A DNA stretch of 64,000 bases from Gammaproteobacteria bacterium. GTDB lineage: Bacteria > Pseudomonadota > Gammaproteobacteria > GCA-002705445 > GCA-002716945. The DNA is taken from the NCBI GenBank assembly GCA_038142325.1, contig JAYQJW010000002.1, positions 480,001 to 544,000 on the forward strand, written 5' to 3'. A program made the position numbers and the translations under genes. The notes under the pieces are model-generated. The model was not told where the DNA came from. It saw only the letters and a list, made by a program, of their open reading frames with translations, and ran no database searches. Shown here piece by piece: positions 11,455 through 23,599 of the stretch (the first letter of the stretch is position 1; the number at the start of each line of letters is the position of its first letter).

Positions 11455-12075
11455 ATGATTAAATCTAAATATCTTGAAAATCTCATAGATGCATTAACTA
11501 TTTTACCAGGTGTAGGACGTAAGAGCGCTCAGCGAATGGCCTATCAGCTGCTTAACTCTAATCCTGAAAAATCAATTCATTTAGCAAATCAACTCAATAA
11601 CATTGACTCTAAAATATCTAAGTGCAAAATTTGTGGATTATTCATGGATATAGATGAGGTTGAAATTCAGAGCGATGATTCATGTCATTTTTGCGAGAGA
11701 GAAAATAGAGATCCATCACTAATTTGTATAGTTGAGTCTGCAACAGATGTTTATACAATTGATGAAAGCACAAACTATCGTGGATATTTCTTTGTTTTAC
11801 AAGGTAACTTATCACCTATTGATGGAAGAGGTCCATCAGAAATAGGTTTAGATAAACTTGAAATGAAACTATCAAAAAAAAATATCAATGAACTAATTCT
11901 TGCAACTAGTACAACAATCGAAGGTGAAGCAACTGCACATTACATTAAAGATATGGCCTCTAGGCAAAATATTAATATCTCACGACTAGCATTTGGTTTA
12001 CCATTAAATGGTGAAATTAGTTTTCTAGATAATGAAACAATATCTCATGCTTTTAATGAAAGAAAAACATTTTAA
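11455..12075 (+). CDS. recR: Recombination protein RecR
   Basis: LPGVGRKSAQRMA, C4 zinc finger, ICIVE, LSPIDG, EGEATA. Confidence 0.95.
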   Translation: MIKSKYLENLIDALTILPGVGRKSAQRMAYQLLNSNPEKSIHLANQLNNIDSKISKCKICGLFMDIDEVEIQSDDSCHFCERENRDPSLICIVESATDVYTIDESTNYRGYFFVLQGNLSPIDGRGPSEIGLDKLEMKLSKKNINELILATSTTIEGEATAHYIKDMASRQNINISRLAFGLPLNGEISFLDNETISHAFNERKTF

Positions 12076-12410
12076 AGCATTACGGCTTTATCTATTTTAG
12101 CAGCACATATAAAATCGTTTTCGGATAAACCATCAATTGCATATGTAAAGTATTTAACTTTTGCGGTGTTATAGCCAAAGGTTATTTCAGGATGGTGATC
12201 TTCACTATGTGAAATATATATTATTAAATTTATTATGGAGGATATCTCATAATGATTCTTGCGAGTATATATTTTTTCAATAAATTTAAAATCATCACTA
12301 AGTTTCCACTCAGAATCTAATTTAGATAATAATTTTTCAGCCTCATTTTTTGAAAGTGTATCTAGACCCCCTTCACATGGTACACACTTTTTTTTATCTA
12401 AATCAGTCAT
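12072..12410 (-). CDS. phhB: Pterin-4-alpha-carbinolamine dehydratase
   Basis: KKCVPCEGG, EDHHPEI, GLSENDFICAAKID. Confidence 0.9.
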   Translation of the reverse strand: MTDLDKKKCVPCEGGLDTLSKNEAEKLLSKLDSEWKLSDDFKFIEKIYTRKNHYEISSIINLIIYISHSEDHHPEITFGYNTAKVKYFTYAIDGLSENDFICAAKIDKAVML

Positions 12411-13629
12411 TTTTAATATTAAGGTTATTTATTCTCTCCAATACAGTTGGATGTGAGTAATAAACCATAGCATAAAGTTTGTTTGGTATTAAGAAAGTTA
12501 AATTTGATTTGTATAATTTTGTTAGAGAGCTTATCAAAAGACTTTTATCTACTTGTTTTGAAGCAAAACTATCAGCTTCGTACTCATTTTTTCTTGATAG
12601 TACAGAAAAAAATGGATCAATAAAAAAGCTGACAACTTGATATGTGAAGATTAGTGCAATAAGTTGTGAAGCTTCATTAAATGGTAAATTTAAAAGCTCA
12701 AGGTATGCTGAACTATTAATTAGATTTGATAGAACAAATAAACCTAAAAAAATTATAATCGTTGATAACAACAATGACTTAGAAATATGTTTATGCTTAT
12801 AGTGACCTATTTCATGAGCCAATACAGCTTTAATTTCTTTTGGGTTTAATAGCTCTAGAAGAGTATCGTAAAATACAATCCTTCTATTTTTAGAAAAACC
12901 AGTGAAATAAGCATTTGGATGTTTTGATCTTTTCGATTGATTCATTACGAACAAATTATCAATACTAAAGTTCGTTCTTTTTGATAGATCATCGATTTCA
13001 TTTTTTATTTCTTCATCATCAAGGTTTTCAAATTTATTAAATAATGGAGATATGTATGTTGGATATATGAAAATACTTATTATAGTTATTGAAAAAATTG
13101 TCAATGCCATTAAAAACCACCACATGTCTTTGAAATCAATTATGTAAAAGAAAACAGAACTTATAAATGCAACTAAAACTAAAAACATAACAATTGATAT
13201 GAGTTGATCCTTAAAGAATAGAAACTTTGTTGATGTATTGAATTCATATTTTGTCTCAATAACAAATGTTGAGTAATATGATAACGGTAACATTGATAAA
13301 ACAATGACTAATAATACGGTTAGCACAGTTAATAAGTTTATAAAGTAGTCATTAATAAAATAAATATTTATTATTGTATTTATTTGATAGACACCTCCGC
13401 CAATTAATAAATAATATACCCATGACATATATATAATGTTTCTTAACATCGATATTCGAAGTTTAGAAATATTATATGAGCGTGATTTGGATTCTTGTTG
13501 CTCATCTATACCTAATAATGCTGCAGATTGTGGATCAACCTTTGCTGTTTTAGTTGTGTGTATTTGCATTGCGTCAAGCGCAAGTTTTGCAAATAGGTAC
13601 AACAAAATAATTAATGTTACTTCACTCAT
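12403..13629 (-). CDS. M48 family (Ste24-like) membrane metalloprotease
   Basis: SKRSKHPNAYFTG, RIVFYDTL, AHEIGH, EYEAD, YSHPTVLER. Confidence 0.9.
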   Translation of the reverse strand: MSEVTLIILLYLFAKLALDAMQIHTTKTAKVDPQSAALLGIDEQQESKSRSYNISKLRISMLRNIIYMSWVYYLLIGGGVYQINTIINIYFINDYFINLLTVLTVLLVIVLSMLPLSYYSTFVIETKYEFNTSTKFLFFKDQLISIVMFLVLVAFISSVFFYIIDFKDMWWFLMALTIFSITIISIFIYPTYISPLFNKFENLDDEEIKNEIDDLSKRTNFSIDNLFVMNQSKRSKHPNAYFTGFSKNRRIVFYDTLLELLNPKEIKAVLAHEIGHYKHKHISKSLLLSTIIIFLGLFVLSNLINSSAYLELLNLPFNEASQLIALIFTYQVVSFFIDPFFSVLSRKNEYEADSFASKQVDKSLLISSLTKLYKSNLTFLIPNKLYAMVYYSHPTVLERINNLNIKND

Positions 13630-13676
13630 AATTAATGTGGTTTTACTTTACTATACAATTATACTAACCTTAGCTC

Positions 13677-14219
13677 ATGAAAGATAGAAGTAACATGATT
13701 TGGATTGATCTTGAAATGACGGGACTCGATACTCAAAGAGATTACATTATAGAAATTGCATCGATTATTACAGACAAAAACTTAAATATTCTTGATGAGG
13801 GACCCAATTTAGTTATAAATCAACCAGATGAGATTTTAAATTCTATGGATAAATGGAATACAGACCATCACAACAATAGTGGTTTAGTTCAGAAAGTTAA
13901 AGATAGCAATATAACTGAATCGATAGCTGAAAAACAAACAATTCAATTTTTATCAAAATATGTATCAAAAGGGACTGCGCCTTTATGTGGTAACACAATT
14001 TGTCAAGATAGAAGATTTTTAGCACGATGCATGCCTGAGTTAGAGGCATTCTGTCATTATAGAAGTATCGATGTTAGCTCAATACGAGAGCTTGGAAAAA
14101 GATGGTACTTTGAAGATATTGATAATTTTCAAAAACATTCTAACCATAGAGCTCTAGACGATATCAGAGATTCAATTGATGAATTGAGATATTACAGGAA
14201 AACTATTTTTAAGCTTTAG
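13677..14219 (+). CDS. orn: Oligoribonuclease
   Basis: [34 protein letters not shown]. Confidence 0.95.
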   Translation: MKDRSNMIWIDLEMTGLDTQRDYIIEIASIITDKNLNILDEGPNLVINQPDEILNSMDKWNTDHHNNSGLVQKVKDSNITESIAEKQTIQFLSKYVSKGTAPLCGNTICQDRRFLARCMPELEAFCHYRSIDVSSIRELGKRWYFEDIDNFQKHSNHRALDDIRDSIDELRYYRKTIFKL

Positions 14220-15816
14220 AAACTAGTTTCATGAAGTAATCTTTCTTATTATTTTTTAGCTTAGTCGCGTTTTTATATTTTTCATCTTGATATAAATAAT
14301 CTTTATTATAATGAAGACCTCGGCTTTCTTTTCTGTATGAAGCTGATCTTATGATTATGTCAGCAACATCAATAATATTTCTTAATTCAAGCAAATCGAC
14401 AGTAATAGAATGTGTATGATAAAACTCATTTATTTCACTGTGTATAAGACTTAATCGCTCTTTGGCATACGCTAGCATTTTATCTGATCTAACAATACCA
14501 ACATAATTCCACATAATCTTTCTCAATTCAGCCCAGTTATGTTTTATAAGTACTGTTTCTTCATTGGGCTTTGAAACATAGCTATCATCCCACAAAGGCA
14601 ATTCATTTTTTTTGCTAAAGCCAGTGTTTATCATTTTGATTTTTTTACAGCACTCCATTGCCATGACTGAGCATTCAAGTAGAGAATTACTTGCAAGTCG
14701 GTTTGCTCCATGAAGACCTGTATGAGCTACTTCTCCTATAGCAAATAGATTGATGCATTCTGTTTGGCCAGAGACTGTTGTTTCAATTCCACCACATGTA
14801 TAATGTGCAGCCGGAACAACAGGTATCGGTTCTTTTGTGATATCAATTCCTAATTCCAAGCATCTTTGATAAATAGTTGGAAATCTTGAAAGTATAAAAT
14901 TTTTATCTTTCGATGATATATCAAGATATACATGATCGTAATTGTTATTCTTCATCTCAGAGTCAATTGCTCTTGCAACAACATCTCTTGGTGCAAGTTC
15001 AGCACGATCATCATATTTTTTCATAAAGCAATTACCATGCAAGTCCTTTAGCTTTGCTCCTTCTCCTCTTAGAGATTCTGATATAAGAAAATTTTTTTCA
15101 TCAGGATGAAATAAACATGTAGGATGAAATTGAATAAATTCCATGTTTGTAACAGTGCAACCAAATCTCCAAGCCATTGCTATGCCATCTCCCGTAGAAG
15201 TTTGTGGATTTGTTGTATATTGATATATCTTGCTTGCACCACCAGATGCTAGGATGGTTATATTTGATTTAATTGTTATTACATCTTTTTGATCATTGTC
15301 AAATGCATACAACCCTTCACACATACTATCTTTTTTACCTATTAAATCTATCGCCATGAAATTTTCTTTGTATGTGATATTTTCTGAATTCATAATTATT
15401 TTCATCAGAGATGTGTGAATCTCTTCACCTGTATTATCGTTATGATAAATTATCCTTCTCTTAGAATGACCGCCCTCAAGAGTTTGATTGAATATTTGTC
15501 CTTCTTTATTAAACTTAACTCCATGTCGAGCAAGAAGATCAATGCTTTGCTTACCTTGTTTAATGATATTCTCTACTGCATTAACATCACAAAGTTCATG
15601 CCCATTTTTTACAGTATCTTTAATATGGTAATTAACATGATCATTATCATCTACGACAGCCGCAATACCTCCTTGTGCCCATGCAGTTGAACATTTATTC
15701 GAGGAGGACTTGCTTATTATTGTGACCTTAAATTCTTTAGACAATTCTATTGCAGCAAGTAATCCTGATACACCTGTCCCAACAATCAAGATTTCCGTAT
15801 TAATTCTAGTCGGCAT
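14209..15816 (-). CDS. nadB: L-aspartate oxidase
   Basis: [54 protein letters not shown]. Confidence 0.95.
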   Translation of the reverse strand: MPTRINTEILIVGTGVSGLLAAIELSKEFKVTIISKSSSNKCSTAWAQGGIAAVVDDNDHVNYHIKDTVKNGHELCDVNAVENIIKQGKQSIDLLARHGVKFNKEGQIFNQTLEGGHSKRRIIYHNDNTGEEIHTSLMKIIMNSENITYKENFMAIDLIGKKDSMCEGLYAFDNDQKDVITIKSNITILASGGASKIYQYTTNPQTSTGDGIAMAWRFGCTVTNMEFIQFHPTCLFHPDEKNFLISESLRGEGAKLKDLHGNCFMKKYDDRAELAPRDVVARAIDSEMKNNNYDHVYLDISSKDKNFILSRFPTIYQRCLELGIDITKEPIPVVPAAHYTCGGIETTVSGQTECINLFAIGEVAHTGLHGANRLASNSLLECSVMAMECCKKIKMINTGFSKKNELPLWDDSYVSKPNEETVLIKHNWAELRKIMWNYVGIVRSDKMLAYAKERLSLIHSEINEFYHTHSITVDLLELRNIIDVADIIIRSASYRKESRGLHYNKDYLYQDEKYKNATKLKNNKKDYFMKLVSKA

Positions 15817-15841
15817 ATACTATAAAATAACACAATAAAAA

Positions 15842-16416
15842 ATGACTACAAATATCAATATCGAAGAGGATGATGAGATCATAAAAAGGTGTCTATCTGG
15901 AGAGATAGAAGCGTTTAGATACCTTGTTGAGAAATATCAGATTAGAATAATCAACACATGCTTCAAGTACACTAAAATTTTGTTGATGCTGAAGATGTAG
16001 CACAAGAGGTGTTTCTCAGAGCTTATGATAATCTAAATAATTTTAAGTTTGATAGTAAATTTTATTCTTGGTTATACAGAATTGCAGTAAATACTAGTCT
16101 TAATTACATTAACTCTAAAGAAAAACGTAAAGAAAAAGAAACTATTTCTGATGAATCCTGTCTAAATAATTCAAATACATCATCTGATAATCCTAGTGAT
16201 TATTATCAGATGTTGGAGTTAATAGATAAAGTTGAGCCTTTATTTGATAATTTACCTGATGATTTAAAAAAGTTGTTAGAGTTATATGAAATTTATGATT
16301 ACTCTTATGAAGAAATATCAAAAAAACTCTCTGTGCCAATCGGAACTGTGCGATCAAGGTTGCACAGAGCAAGGAGTATGCTAATCTCGAATTTTAAAGA
16401 TTTATACGATGAATAA
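15842..16416 (+). CDS. rpoE: ECF sigma factor RpoE/AlgU (1-nt deletion near 15977)
   Basis: Repaired frame gives AFRYLVEKYQ...DAEDVAQEVFLRAY...FYSWLYRIAVN...SYEEIS...PIGTVRSRLHRAR; divergent from nadB. Confidence 0.9.
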
Positions 16417-16765
16417 AAACTATAAAATACTGGGAATAATAATAAGCGGGTTGAACAAAGACTACCCGAATAAAATATCAAAAAATTTCACAGATAATGT
16501 TATGCGTAAAATAAATTCAAAACAAATATCTAATAAAATTTCATTTAACAAAACAGATTTACTTAATATTGCTGCATCTATATTTTTCGCAGTTATTACA
16601 TCAATAATCTTACTTGACTTTAACTCAACTGAAAATAATCTTACTGTAAAAAAAGTAAATGAAAAAGAGGCTATAAATAAAGACATCATTAGAAAAGTAA
16701 TTGATAAAGATGCCTGCACAGATGAGATTAAAAATGATACTATTACAGGCAATGAATGTAATTAA
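16409..16765 (+). CDS. Probable anti-sigma factor, RseA/MucA-like, very short
   Basis: Overlaps rpoE stop; NFTDNVMRKI then one TM (NIAASIFFAVITSIILL). Confidence 0.6.
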   Translation: MNKNYKILGIIISGLNKDYPNKISKNFTDNVMRKINSKQISNKISFNKTDLLNIAASIFFAVITSIILLDFNSTENNLTVKKVNEKEAINKDIIRKVIDKDACTDEIKNDTITGNECN

Positions 16766-18161
16766 ACTCAGTAAATATATTACAACCTATCTTTCTATAG
16801 CACTTTTTTATTCAGCAAGTGCATTTGCTCAATCATATCCTGATTTTACTGAAATTGTAGAACAAAATATGCCTGCAGTTGTAATTGTCAATGCTACTCG
16901 ATCTAAGCCAAATACCAATAATAATCAGTTTCAAACTCCACCTGGGATGCCTGATGAATTCAATGATTTATTTAAAAAATTTTTTGATGAGAGAAGAGAT
17001 GCGCCAGAGAGAAGGGCTCCTAGTTCTGGCTCAGGTTTTATTTTATCTAGCGATGGATACATTATGACTAATCATCATGTAGTCAATGGTGCTGATAAAA
17101 TTATGATACTTACTAATGATCAATCAACATATGAGGCTGAACTTATAGGTTCTGATAAAAGGAGTGATTTGGCTCTCCTTAAAATTGACTCAAGAAACTT
17201 ACCTACAGTAAGAATCGCATCAGATGACAATGTTAAATTAGGAGAATGGGTTCTAGCAATTGGATCTCCTTTTGGATTCAACCAAACAGTAACGGCCGGT
17301 ATCGTGAGTGGCAAGCAAAGAAAGTTAGCTGGTGATAATTACGTTCCATACATACAAACAGATGTTGCTATTAATCCTGGCAATTCAGGCGGCCCTTTGT
17401 TTAATTTATCTGGCGAGGTAATTGGTGTTAATGCACAGATATATAGTAGAACAGGTGGTTTTATGGGCGTTTCATTTGCAATACCTTCTGATACCGTGAA
17501 TGATGTTTACTATCAATTAAAAACAAAAGGAAAAGTTAGTAGAGGATGGCTTGGTGTTTATATCCAAGAGATAGACGATAAACTTGCTAAAAGTTTTGGT
17601 ATGAAAAAATCTAAGGGAGCTCTTGTAAGTAAAGTCCTTTCAAATAGTCCCGCAGAGAAAGCCAAAATTCAACAAGGCGATGTTATTTTAAAATTCAATA
17701 ACAATGATATAAATAAATCCACAGACTTACCTCTTGTGGTGGGACAATCTAAAGTAGGACAATCATTTAATGTACAAATCATGAGAAATAGAATGATTAT
17801 GAATTTATCAGTTACACTTGAGGAGCTACCTACAGAGGAAAAAATAGCTTCTATCGGTTCAGGAAATAAAAAAATTATATCTAATGCAATATCAGGTATT
17901 TCTGTTAGAAATATGTCAATTGATGACAAGAAGAATTTCGATTTATCAAGTGGTGTGGTTGTTACTGGTATTAATGAAAGTATCAATAACAACTATGATC
18001 TAAAATTGAATGACGTAATAACTAAGATAAATAATAAAGTCATTAACAACACTAATGATTTTACCAAGATTATGAATTCTGCGAGAAACAATAGCTATGT
18101 AAACCTACTTGTTTACAGACAAACAACACCGCTATTCATTGCTCTAAAAATCTCTAAATAG
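16752..18161 (+). CDS. HtrA/DegP/MucD serine protease with two PDZ domains
   Basis: Signal peptide, PDFTEIVE, GSGFI, TNHHV, SDLALLK, QTDVAINPGNSGGPL, RGWLGV. Confidence 0.95.
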   Translation: MNVIKLSKYITTYLSIALFYSASAFAQSYPDFTEIVEQNMPAVVIVNATRSKPNTNNNQFQTPPGMPDEFNDLFKKFFDERRDAPERRAPSSGSGFILSSDGYIMTNHHVVNGADKIMILTNDQSTYEAELIGSDKRSDLALLKIDSRNLPTVRIASDDNVKLGEWVLAIGSPFGFNQTVTAGIVSGKQRKLAGDNYVPYIQTDVAINPGNSGGPLFNLSGEVIGVNAQIYSRTGGFMGVSFAIPSDTVNDVYYQLKTKGKVSRGWLGVYIQEIDDKLAKSFGMKKSKGALVSKVLSNSPAEKAKIQQGDVILKFNNNDINKSTDLPLVVGQSKVGQSFNVQIMRNRMIMNLSVTLEELPTEEKIASIGSGNKKIISNAISGISVRNMSIDDKKNFDLSSGVVVTGINESINNNYDLKLNDVITKINNKVINNTNDFTKIMNSARNNSYVNLLVYRQTTPLFIALKISK

Positions 18162-18163
18162 AT

Positions 18164-18191
18164 TTGACGTTTTAAGCCTCTAATATATCAT
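18164..18191 (+). promoter_or_regulatory. Putative sigma70 promoter for lepA
   Basis: TTGACG-16 nt-TATCAT, 9 nt before the ATG. Confidence 0.45.
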
Positions 18192-18200
18192 AGAGCCATA

Positions 18201-19985
18201 ATGAATATTAGAAACATAGCTATAGTAGCTCACATTGACCATGGAAAATCTACTCTAGCTGATCGTCTGATTGAAAAGTATGGTGAAATAAACACCAGAA
18301 ACATGCAAGATCAAGTCCTAGATTCAATGGACCTCGAAAGAGAGCGTGGTATTACAATTAAAGCTCAAACAGTTTCTCTGAAAGTGAAATATGAAGGCGA
18401 AGAGTTCAATCTTAATATAATCGATACTCCGGGTCATGTAGATTTCTCTTACGAGGTATCAAGATCATTGTCAGCATGTGATGGAGTAATATTACTTGTA
18501 GATGCAACGCAAGGTATAGAGGCTCAGACCTTAGCACATTATAATCTTGCTACAGAATTGAAACTCAAAATTATTCCCGTTATAAATAAGGTAGATCTTC
18601 CGTCAGCAGATACAGCATCTGTATCAAAGGATTTATCTGAATTAACAGGAGTTTCAGAAAACGAAATAATAAAAGTAAGTGCCAAATCCGGTTTAGGTAT
18701 TGATGATTTAATAACAAGTATTTTGTTAGATATACCAGCACCTAAAGGACAAAATAATCTAGAATTGAAAGCTCTTATTATAGATTCTTGGTTTGATAAC
18801 TATTTAGGCATTGTTGTTCTAATAAAAGTAATTGACGGTGAAATAAATCTAAAAGATAAAATTAAAATACTTTCTAATAATAGAGAATTTATTGTTGATA
18901 AACTTGGAACATTTAATCCTGAAATGAAGAACACATCTTGTTTAAAATCAGGTATGGTTGGTTTTATGATTGCATCTATTAAAACACTTGATTCTGCACC
19001 TGTTGGAGACACCATCACGCTCTCAAAATTTAATAATATAAAGGCATTTCCAGGATTTAAGAAAATTCAGCCGAGAGTTTTTTCAGGATTTTATCCAGTA
19101 GATTCAAATGACTATCAAGAATCAAAAAAAGCATTAGACAAACTATCTTTAAACGATAATTCTTTTACATATGAACCTGAGAGTTCACAATCACTTGGAC
19201 ATGGCTTTAGATGTGGCTTTTTAGGATTGTTACACATGGAAATTATCAGAGAGCGTGTCCAAAGGGAATATAATCTTGAGTTTCTTATGACTGTCCCATC
19301 CGTTACATACCGCGTGGAAGATAAAAAAGGAAAGTTTATAGATATAACGAAGCCTAGTGATTTGCCAGAAGATAACAGTATAAAATGCTACTATGAACCT
19401 ATTGCATTAATCTCTATTGTCTGTCCTGCAGAGTATCTTGGTTCAGTTATTGAATTATGTACATCTAAAAGGGGTAATCAAAAAGATTTAATATATCGTT
19501 CAAACATGGTTGAGATAAAATATGAAATTCCATTATCTGAAATCATATATGATTTTTTTGATACTCTAAATTCTGTATCTAAAGGTTATGCATCTTATGA
19601 TTATGATGTAATTGATTACATTGAGAGTAAAATGATTAAACTTGATATCCATGTCAATAAGAAAAAAGTGGATGCACTATCTCAAATATTACATAAAGAT
19701 AACTCTTATAGAAGATCAAGAGAATTGATTGAAAACTTAAAAAAACTTATTCCCAGACAAAATTTTGAGATTACAATACAAGGCTGTATCGGTTCAAAAA
19801 TCATTTCTCCAACTTCTATTCGAGGATATCGTAAAGATGTCACTGCTAAGTTATATGGTGGTGATGTTACGCGAAAGATGAAACTTTTAAAGAAACAAAA
19901 AGAAGGTAAGAAAAAGATGAAAAAAATTGGTAACGTGGAAATTCCGAGAGAAGCATTTTATAAATTCTTGTCTACCTCAGATTAA
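18201..19985 (+). CDS. lepA: Elongation factor 4 (LepA)
   Basis: AHIDHGKSTLADR, ERERGITIK, DTPGHVDF, GFRCGFLGLLHME, KLYGGDVTRK. Confidence 0.97.
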   Translation: MNIRNIAIVAHIDHGKSTLADRLIEKYGEINTRNMQDQVLDSMDLERERGITIKAQTVSLKVKYEGEEFNLNIIDTPGHVDFSYEVSRSLSACDGVILLVDATQGIEAQTLAHYNLATELKLKIIPVINKVDLPSADTASVSKDLSELTGVSENEIIKVSAKSGLGIDDLITSILLDIPAPKGQNNLELKALIIDSWFDNYLGIVVLIKVIDGEINLKDKIKILSNNREFIVDKLGTFNPEMKNTSCLKSGMVGFMIASIKTLDSAPVGDTITLSKFNNIKAFPGFKKIQPRVFSGFYPVDSNDYQESKKALDKLSLNDNSFTYEPESSQSLGHGFRCGFLGLLHMEIIRERVQREYNLEFLMTVPSVTYRVEDKKGKFIDITKPSDLPEDNSIKCYYEPIALISIVCPAEYLGSVIELCTSKRGNQKDLIYRSNMVEIKYEIPLSEIIYDFFDTLNSVSKGYASYDYDVIDYIESKMIKLDIHVNKKKVDALSQILHKDNSYRRSRELIENLKKLIPRQNFEITIQGCIGSKIISPTSIRGYRKDVTAKLYGGDVTRKMKLLKKQKEGKKKMKKIGNVEIPREAFYKFLSTSD

Positions 19986-19988
19986 ATC

Positions 19989-20716
19989 ATGGATTTTACA
20001 TTTATATTAGTTCTTGCAACTTTGATAACGGGCATTCTGAGCCTAGTTAAGTTAAATCAATCAATAATTATTCATATCAGAGAATTCTCTGCTTCTATAT
20101 TTCCTATTTTATTTGTTGTGTTGATTATACGATCATTTTTTATAGAACCTTATAAAATTCCATCTGGCTCTATGATACCAACTCTTATGATTGGTGATTT
20201 TATTCTTGTTGATAAGAATATTTATGGTTATAAGCTTCCACTTACAAACATTACTTTATTTGAAAATGAAAGCCCAAAAAGAGGCGATGTAGTTGTGTTT
20301 AAGTATCCAGAAAATAAAAAAATTAATTATATAAAACGAGTTATTGCTTTACCTGGTGACAATATAATTTATAAAAATAAAAAATTATATGTTAATAATA
20401 ATGAATATAAGACGCTTAAAATAAATCATTCTTTTGATCCTGTTGAAATAGCTGATGGTAATGTATTTTATGAGGATAATTCTGAAAAAGCTATATGATT
20501 TTAAATCAATCATCTCCTTCTTTTGATTTTCAATATACCGTTCCTAATGACACATACTTTGTATTAGGTGACAACAGAGATAATTCTAATGACAGTCGAT
20601 ATTGGGGGCCAGTGCCAAAAGAAAATCTAGTTGGAAAAGCATTTTTTATTTGGATGTTTTGGAACCCTGATAGTTACTACAGCTTTTCTGACAGAGTGGG
20701 TACAAAAATTGAGTGA
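19989..20716 (+). CDS. lepB: Signal peptidase I (1-nt deletion near 20488)
   Basis: [39 protein letters not shown]. Confidence 0.95.
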
Positions 20717-21375
20717 TAGTCATAATCAACTAATTAAGGATATTATTTCTGATTCCTTTGGATATGATATAAAAAATATTGATTATTTTATTTCCGCATT
20801 AACCCATAAAAGTAAATCAAAAAATAACTATGAAAGAATGGAAATTCTTGGTGATGCAGTCTTACAACTGGTCATTACTGATATGTTGTTTAAAAAATAT
20901 AAAGATTCTAACGAAGGAAGAATTACCGTTATGAGGCAGAATCTTGTAAATAAAAATAACCTTAGAACTATATTCAAAAATTTGAAAATAGAAAAAGTTG
21001 TTCATGAGATTAACCCTCAAATTAAAGAATCTGATTTATATTCAGATATTCTAGAGTCCTTATTTGGAGCACTATATTTAGACAGTAGCTTTAATAAAGT
21101 CTCAAAAATAATTTGTACATTATTTAGAGATCAATTAGATGATAATTTGTATTCAAAAGACGCTAAAACCAATTTGCAAGAATTCTTACAAAAAAAATGG
21201 AATGTCATTACCATTATACTCTACGCACAAATCTCATAAAAAATCATTCAAATACTTAGTCAAATGTAAAATACCAAACACTACTATCTCTCTTCATCTA
21301 GATTCAAATAAAGTTAAACCTGCTGAACAAGAGCTTGCATTTTCTGCTCTAAAAATTCTTAATGAAGAAAATTAA
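20709..21375 (+). CDS. rnc: Ribonuclease III (indel near 21195)
   Basis: [41 protein letters not shown]; dsRBD continues in the shifted frame. Confidence 0.9.
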
Positions 21376-22227
21376 AGTATTAATCATTGGTAAGAGCAAT
21401 GTCGGTAAATCCTCATTCATTAACTATATTACTAACAACAAGAGCTCATTAGTCTCTAACAAACTTCATTCAACACGCTTATCAACATATCACGAACTAA
21501 AAAATAAAAATTTTGATATTCAGTTTATCGATACCCCTGGCGTATCTCTATCAGATAACAACTTACTTGCACAAGCCATGAAAAGTCAGGCAATCAAGCA
21601 TATTACAAATAGTGATATTATAATTTTATTTACTCAACCTCAAAAATCGTATGAATATGAATTCAATTTAATCAATGATATCAAGCAAGCTAATAAAGAA
21701 TATCTGATTTGTGTAAATAAATGTGATTTAGATATTAATGGCGACTTTCGAATTAATCTTGAACAGAAATTAAATACAAAAGACTACTCTGCAATATCAC
21801 TTACTCAAAATTTAGATATTGATATTTTCATCATCAAACTTCTAAAACAAATAAATAATTTGATACCAACAACTTCACATATAAATGATAGTAAGAATAA
21901 CTTATATATTATTCAAGAATTAATACGAGAAACTATTATCAATAGAACTAATAAGGAATTACCATATGAGTCTGCGGTTAGAATTGTTGATTATAATAAG
22001 CAAAAAAATATGGATATCATTAAAGCTGAAATTATTGTATCAAAAGATAATCATAAAAAAATTGTCATAGGTAAAAATGGAAATATGATTAAGGAACTTG
22101 GCATTAAATCAAGAGAGAAGATAGAGGGTTTTCTTAATAAGAAAGTTAGTCTTCTTTTACATGTTTTGTTAAGGCTAACTGGAAGAATAACTCAGATTTA
22201 CTCAAAGACTTTGGATATATTGATTAA
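21362..22227 (+). CDS. era: GTPase Era (indel near 22165; true stop probably 22227)
   Basis: GKSNVGKSS, DTPG, NKCD, ELPY, KH motif IVIGKNGNMIKELG; alternative frame ends VKANWKNNSDLLKDFGYID*. Confidence 0.9.
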
Positions 22228-22892
22228 ATGATAATATCAACACAAGGTTTTCTCATACATACTAGAAAATATAGAGAAACTAGCAGTATAGTCAATTTTT
22301 TTACCAGTGAAAAAGGTGTTCAATCTCTTCTTTTTAAAGGTAAATATACAAATAAAGATAGATATCGTTTTTCCATATTTAATGAATATATTTTTACATT
22401 TGATGACAAATATAATCTTCCATATTTGTCAAAATGCGAACATGTCCATGATTATGGCTTCGATAAAAAATACTATCTTTTGGGTTTATATATAAATGAG
22501 CTCTTGTATAAAACTAGTAGAGAGGGTTTTGATTTTGATAAAATATATAAAAGATATAAAGATTTCTTAGTAATACTATCAAACTCTTCAGATAGTAGTA
22601 ATAAACTTGCACTTTTTTTGAAAAAAATTTACTTCAAGATTTAGGTTATGAGTTAACAGTATGTGATAAAGATATTAGCTATAATGTGAATTATGAATAT
22701 TCATTCGGCGAAGGGTTTAAAAAAAGTATATCACCCATGGACAACATGTCTGTATCAGGACAAGATCTGGAGCTATTCTTAGATAACACGATGAGTGATG
22801 AAAAAGAAGTTATAAAATTTAGATCTATAATTAAAAATATATTTTCTAATGTCTATCCTGACCTAAGATTGACTGGCGACAGACTATTTTAA
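22228..22892 (+). CDS. recO: DNA repair protein RecO (indel near 22620)
   Basis: GFLIHTRKYRETSSIV, GLYINELL, repaired FEKNLLQDLGY; follows era. Confidence 0.85.
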
Positions 22893-23594
22893 TTGTCCTT
22901 TATTAATTATGAACTTATTACCATCTAGAGTAAGCACATAAAAATTATTGTACCAATCTCCCAATACATATCTAATTACATTATCGTGATGATGTATGTT
23001 TGGTCTGTGAGTATGTCCATGTATAATTATATCTGGGTCATGTTTTTCTATTACAGATAAGACTTCGTTTTCATTGACATCCATTATCTCTTCACCCTTT
23101 TCCATATTTGCTTCTTTGCTTTTCTTTCTTAATGCCTCGGCAATCATTAATCTTTCATCAAGAGGTTTGTTCAACATTTCATTTTGCCATTTTTCTGATC
23201 TTACCATTAACCTAAACTTTTGATAATCCAGGTCATCAGTACAAAGTGTGTCTCCATGCAATAACAGTATTTTCATGTTTCCATTATTGATAATGGTAGG
23301 ATCTTGTAGAAGATTAATTTTTAAGTTGTCACAAATCTTTTTTGATACAAGAAAGTCACGATTACCATGCATGTACCAAATATTAATTTTTTTACCTACA
23401 TCAATTATCGCTTCACAAACATCATCAAGCCCATCCATTGGATCATCATCGCCAACCCAGTATTCAAATAAATCTCCAAGTATATAAAGATCAGATACAT
23501 TATTATCTAATGATTTAAGGTAATATATAAAGTAGTTATTTATATGAGGTCTAGATTTGTCTAGGTGAAGATCAGAGATAAAATTTATACTCAT
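22884..23594 (-). CDS. lpxH: UDP-2,3-diacylglucosamine diphosphatase
   Basis: ISDLHL, LGDLFEYWVGDD, HGNRDFL, HGDTLCTDD, HGHTHRP, VLGDW. Confidence 0.95.
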   Translation of the reverse strand: MSINFISDLHLDKSRPHINNYFIYYLKSLDNNVSDLYILGDLFEYWVGDDDPMDGLDDVCEAIIDVGKKINIWYMHGNRDFLVSKKICDNLKINLLQDPTIINNGNMKILLLHGDTLCTDDLDYQKFRLMVRSEKWQNEMLNKPLDERLMIAEALRKKSKEANMEKGEEIMDVNENEVLSVIEKHDPDIIIHGHTHRPNIHHHDNVIRYVLGDWYNNFYVLTLDGNKFIINKGQLK

Positions 23595-23599
23595 TAATT

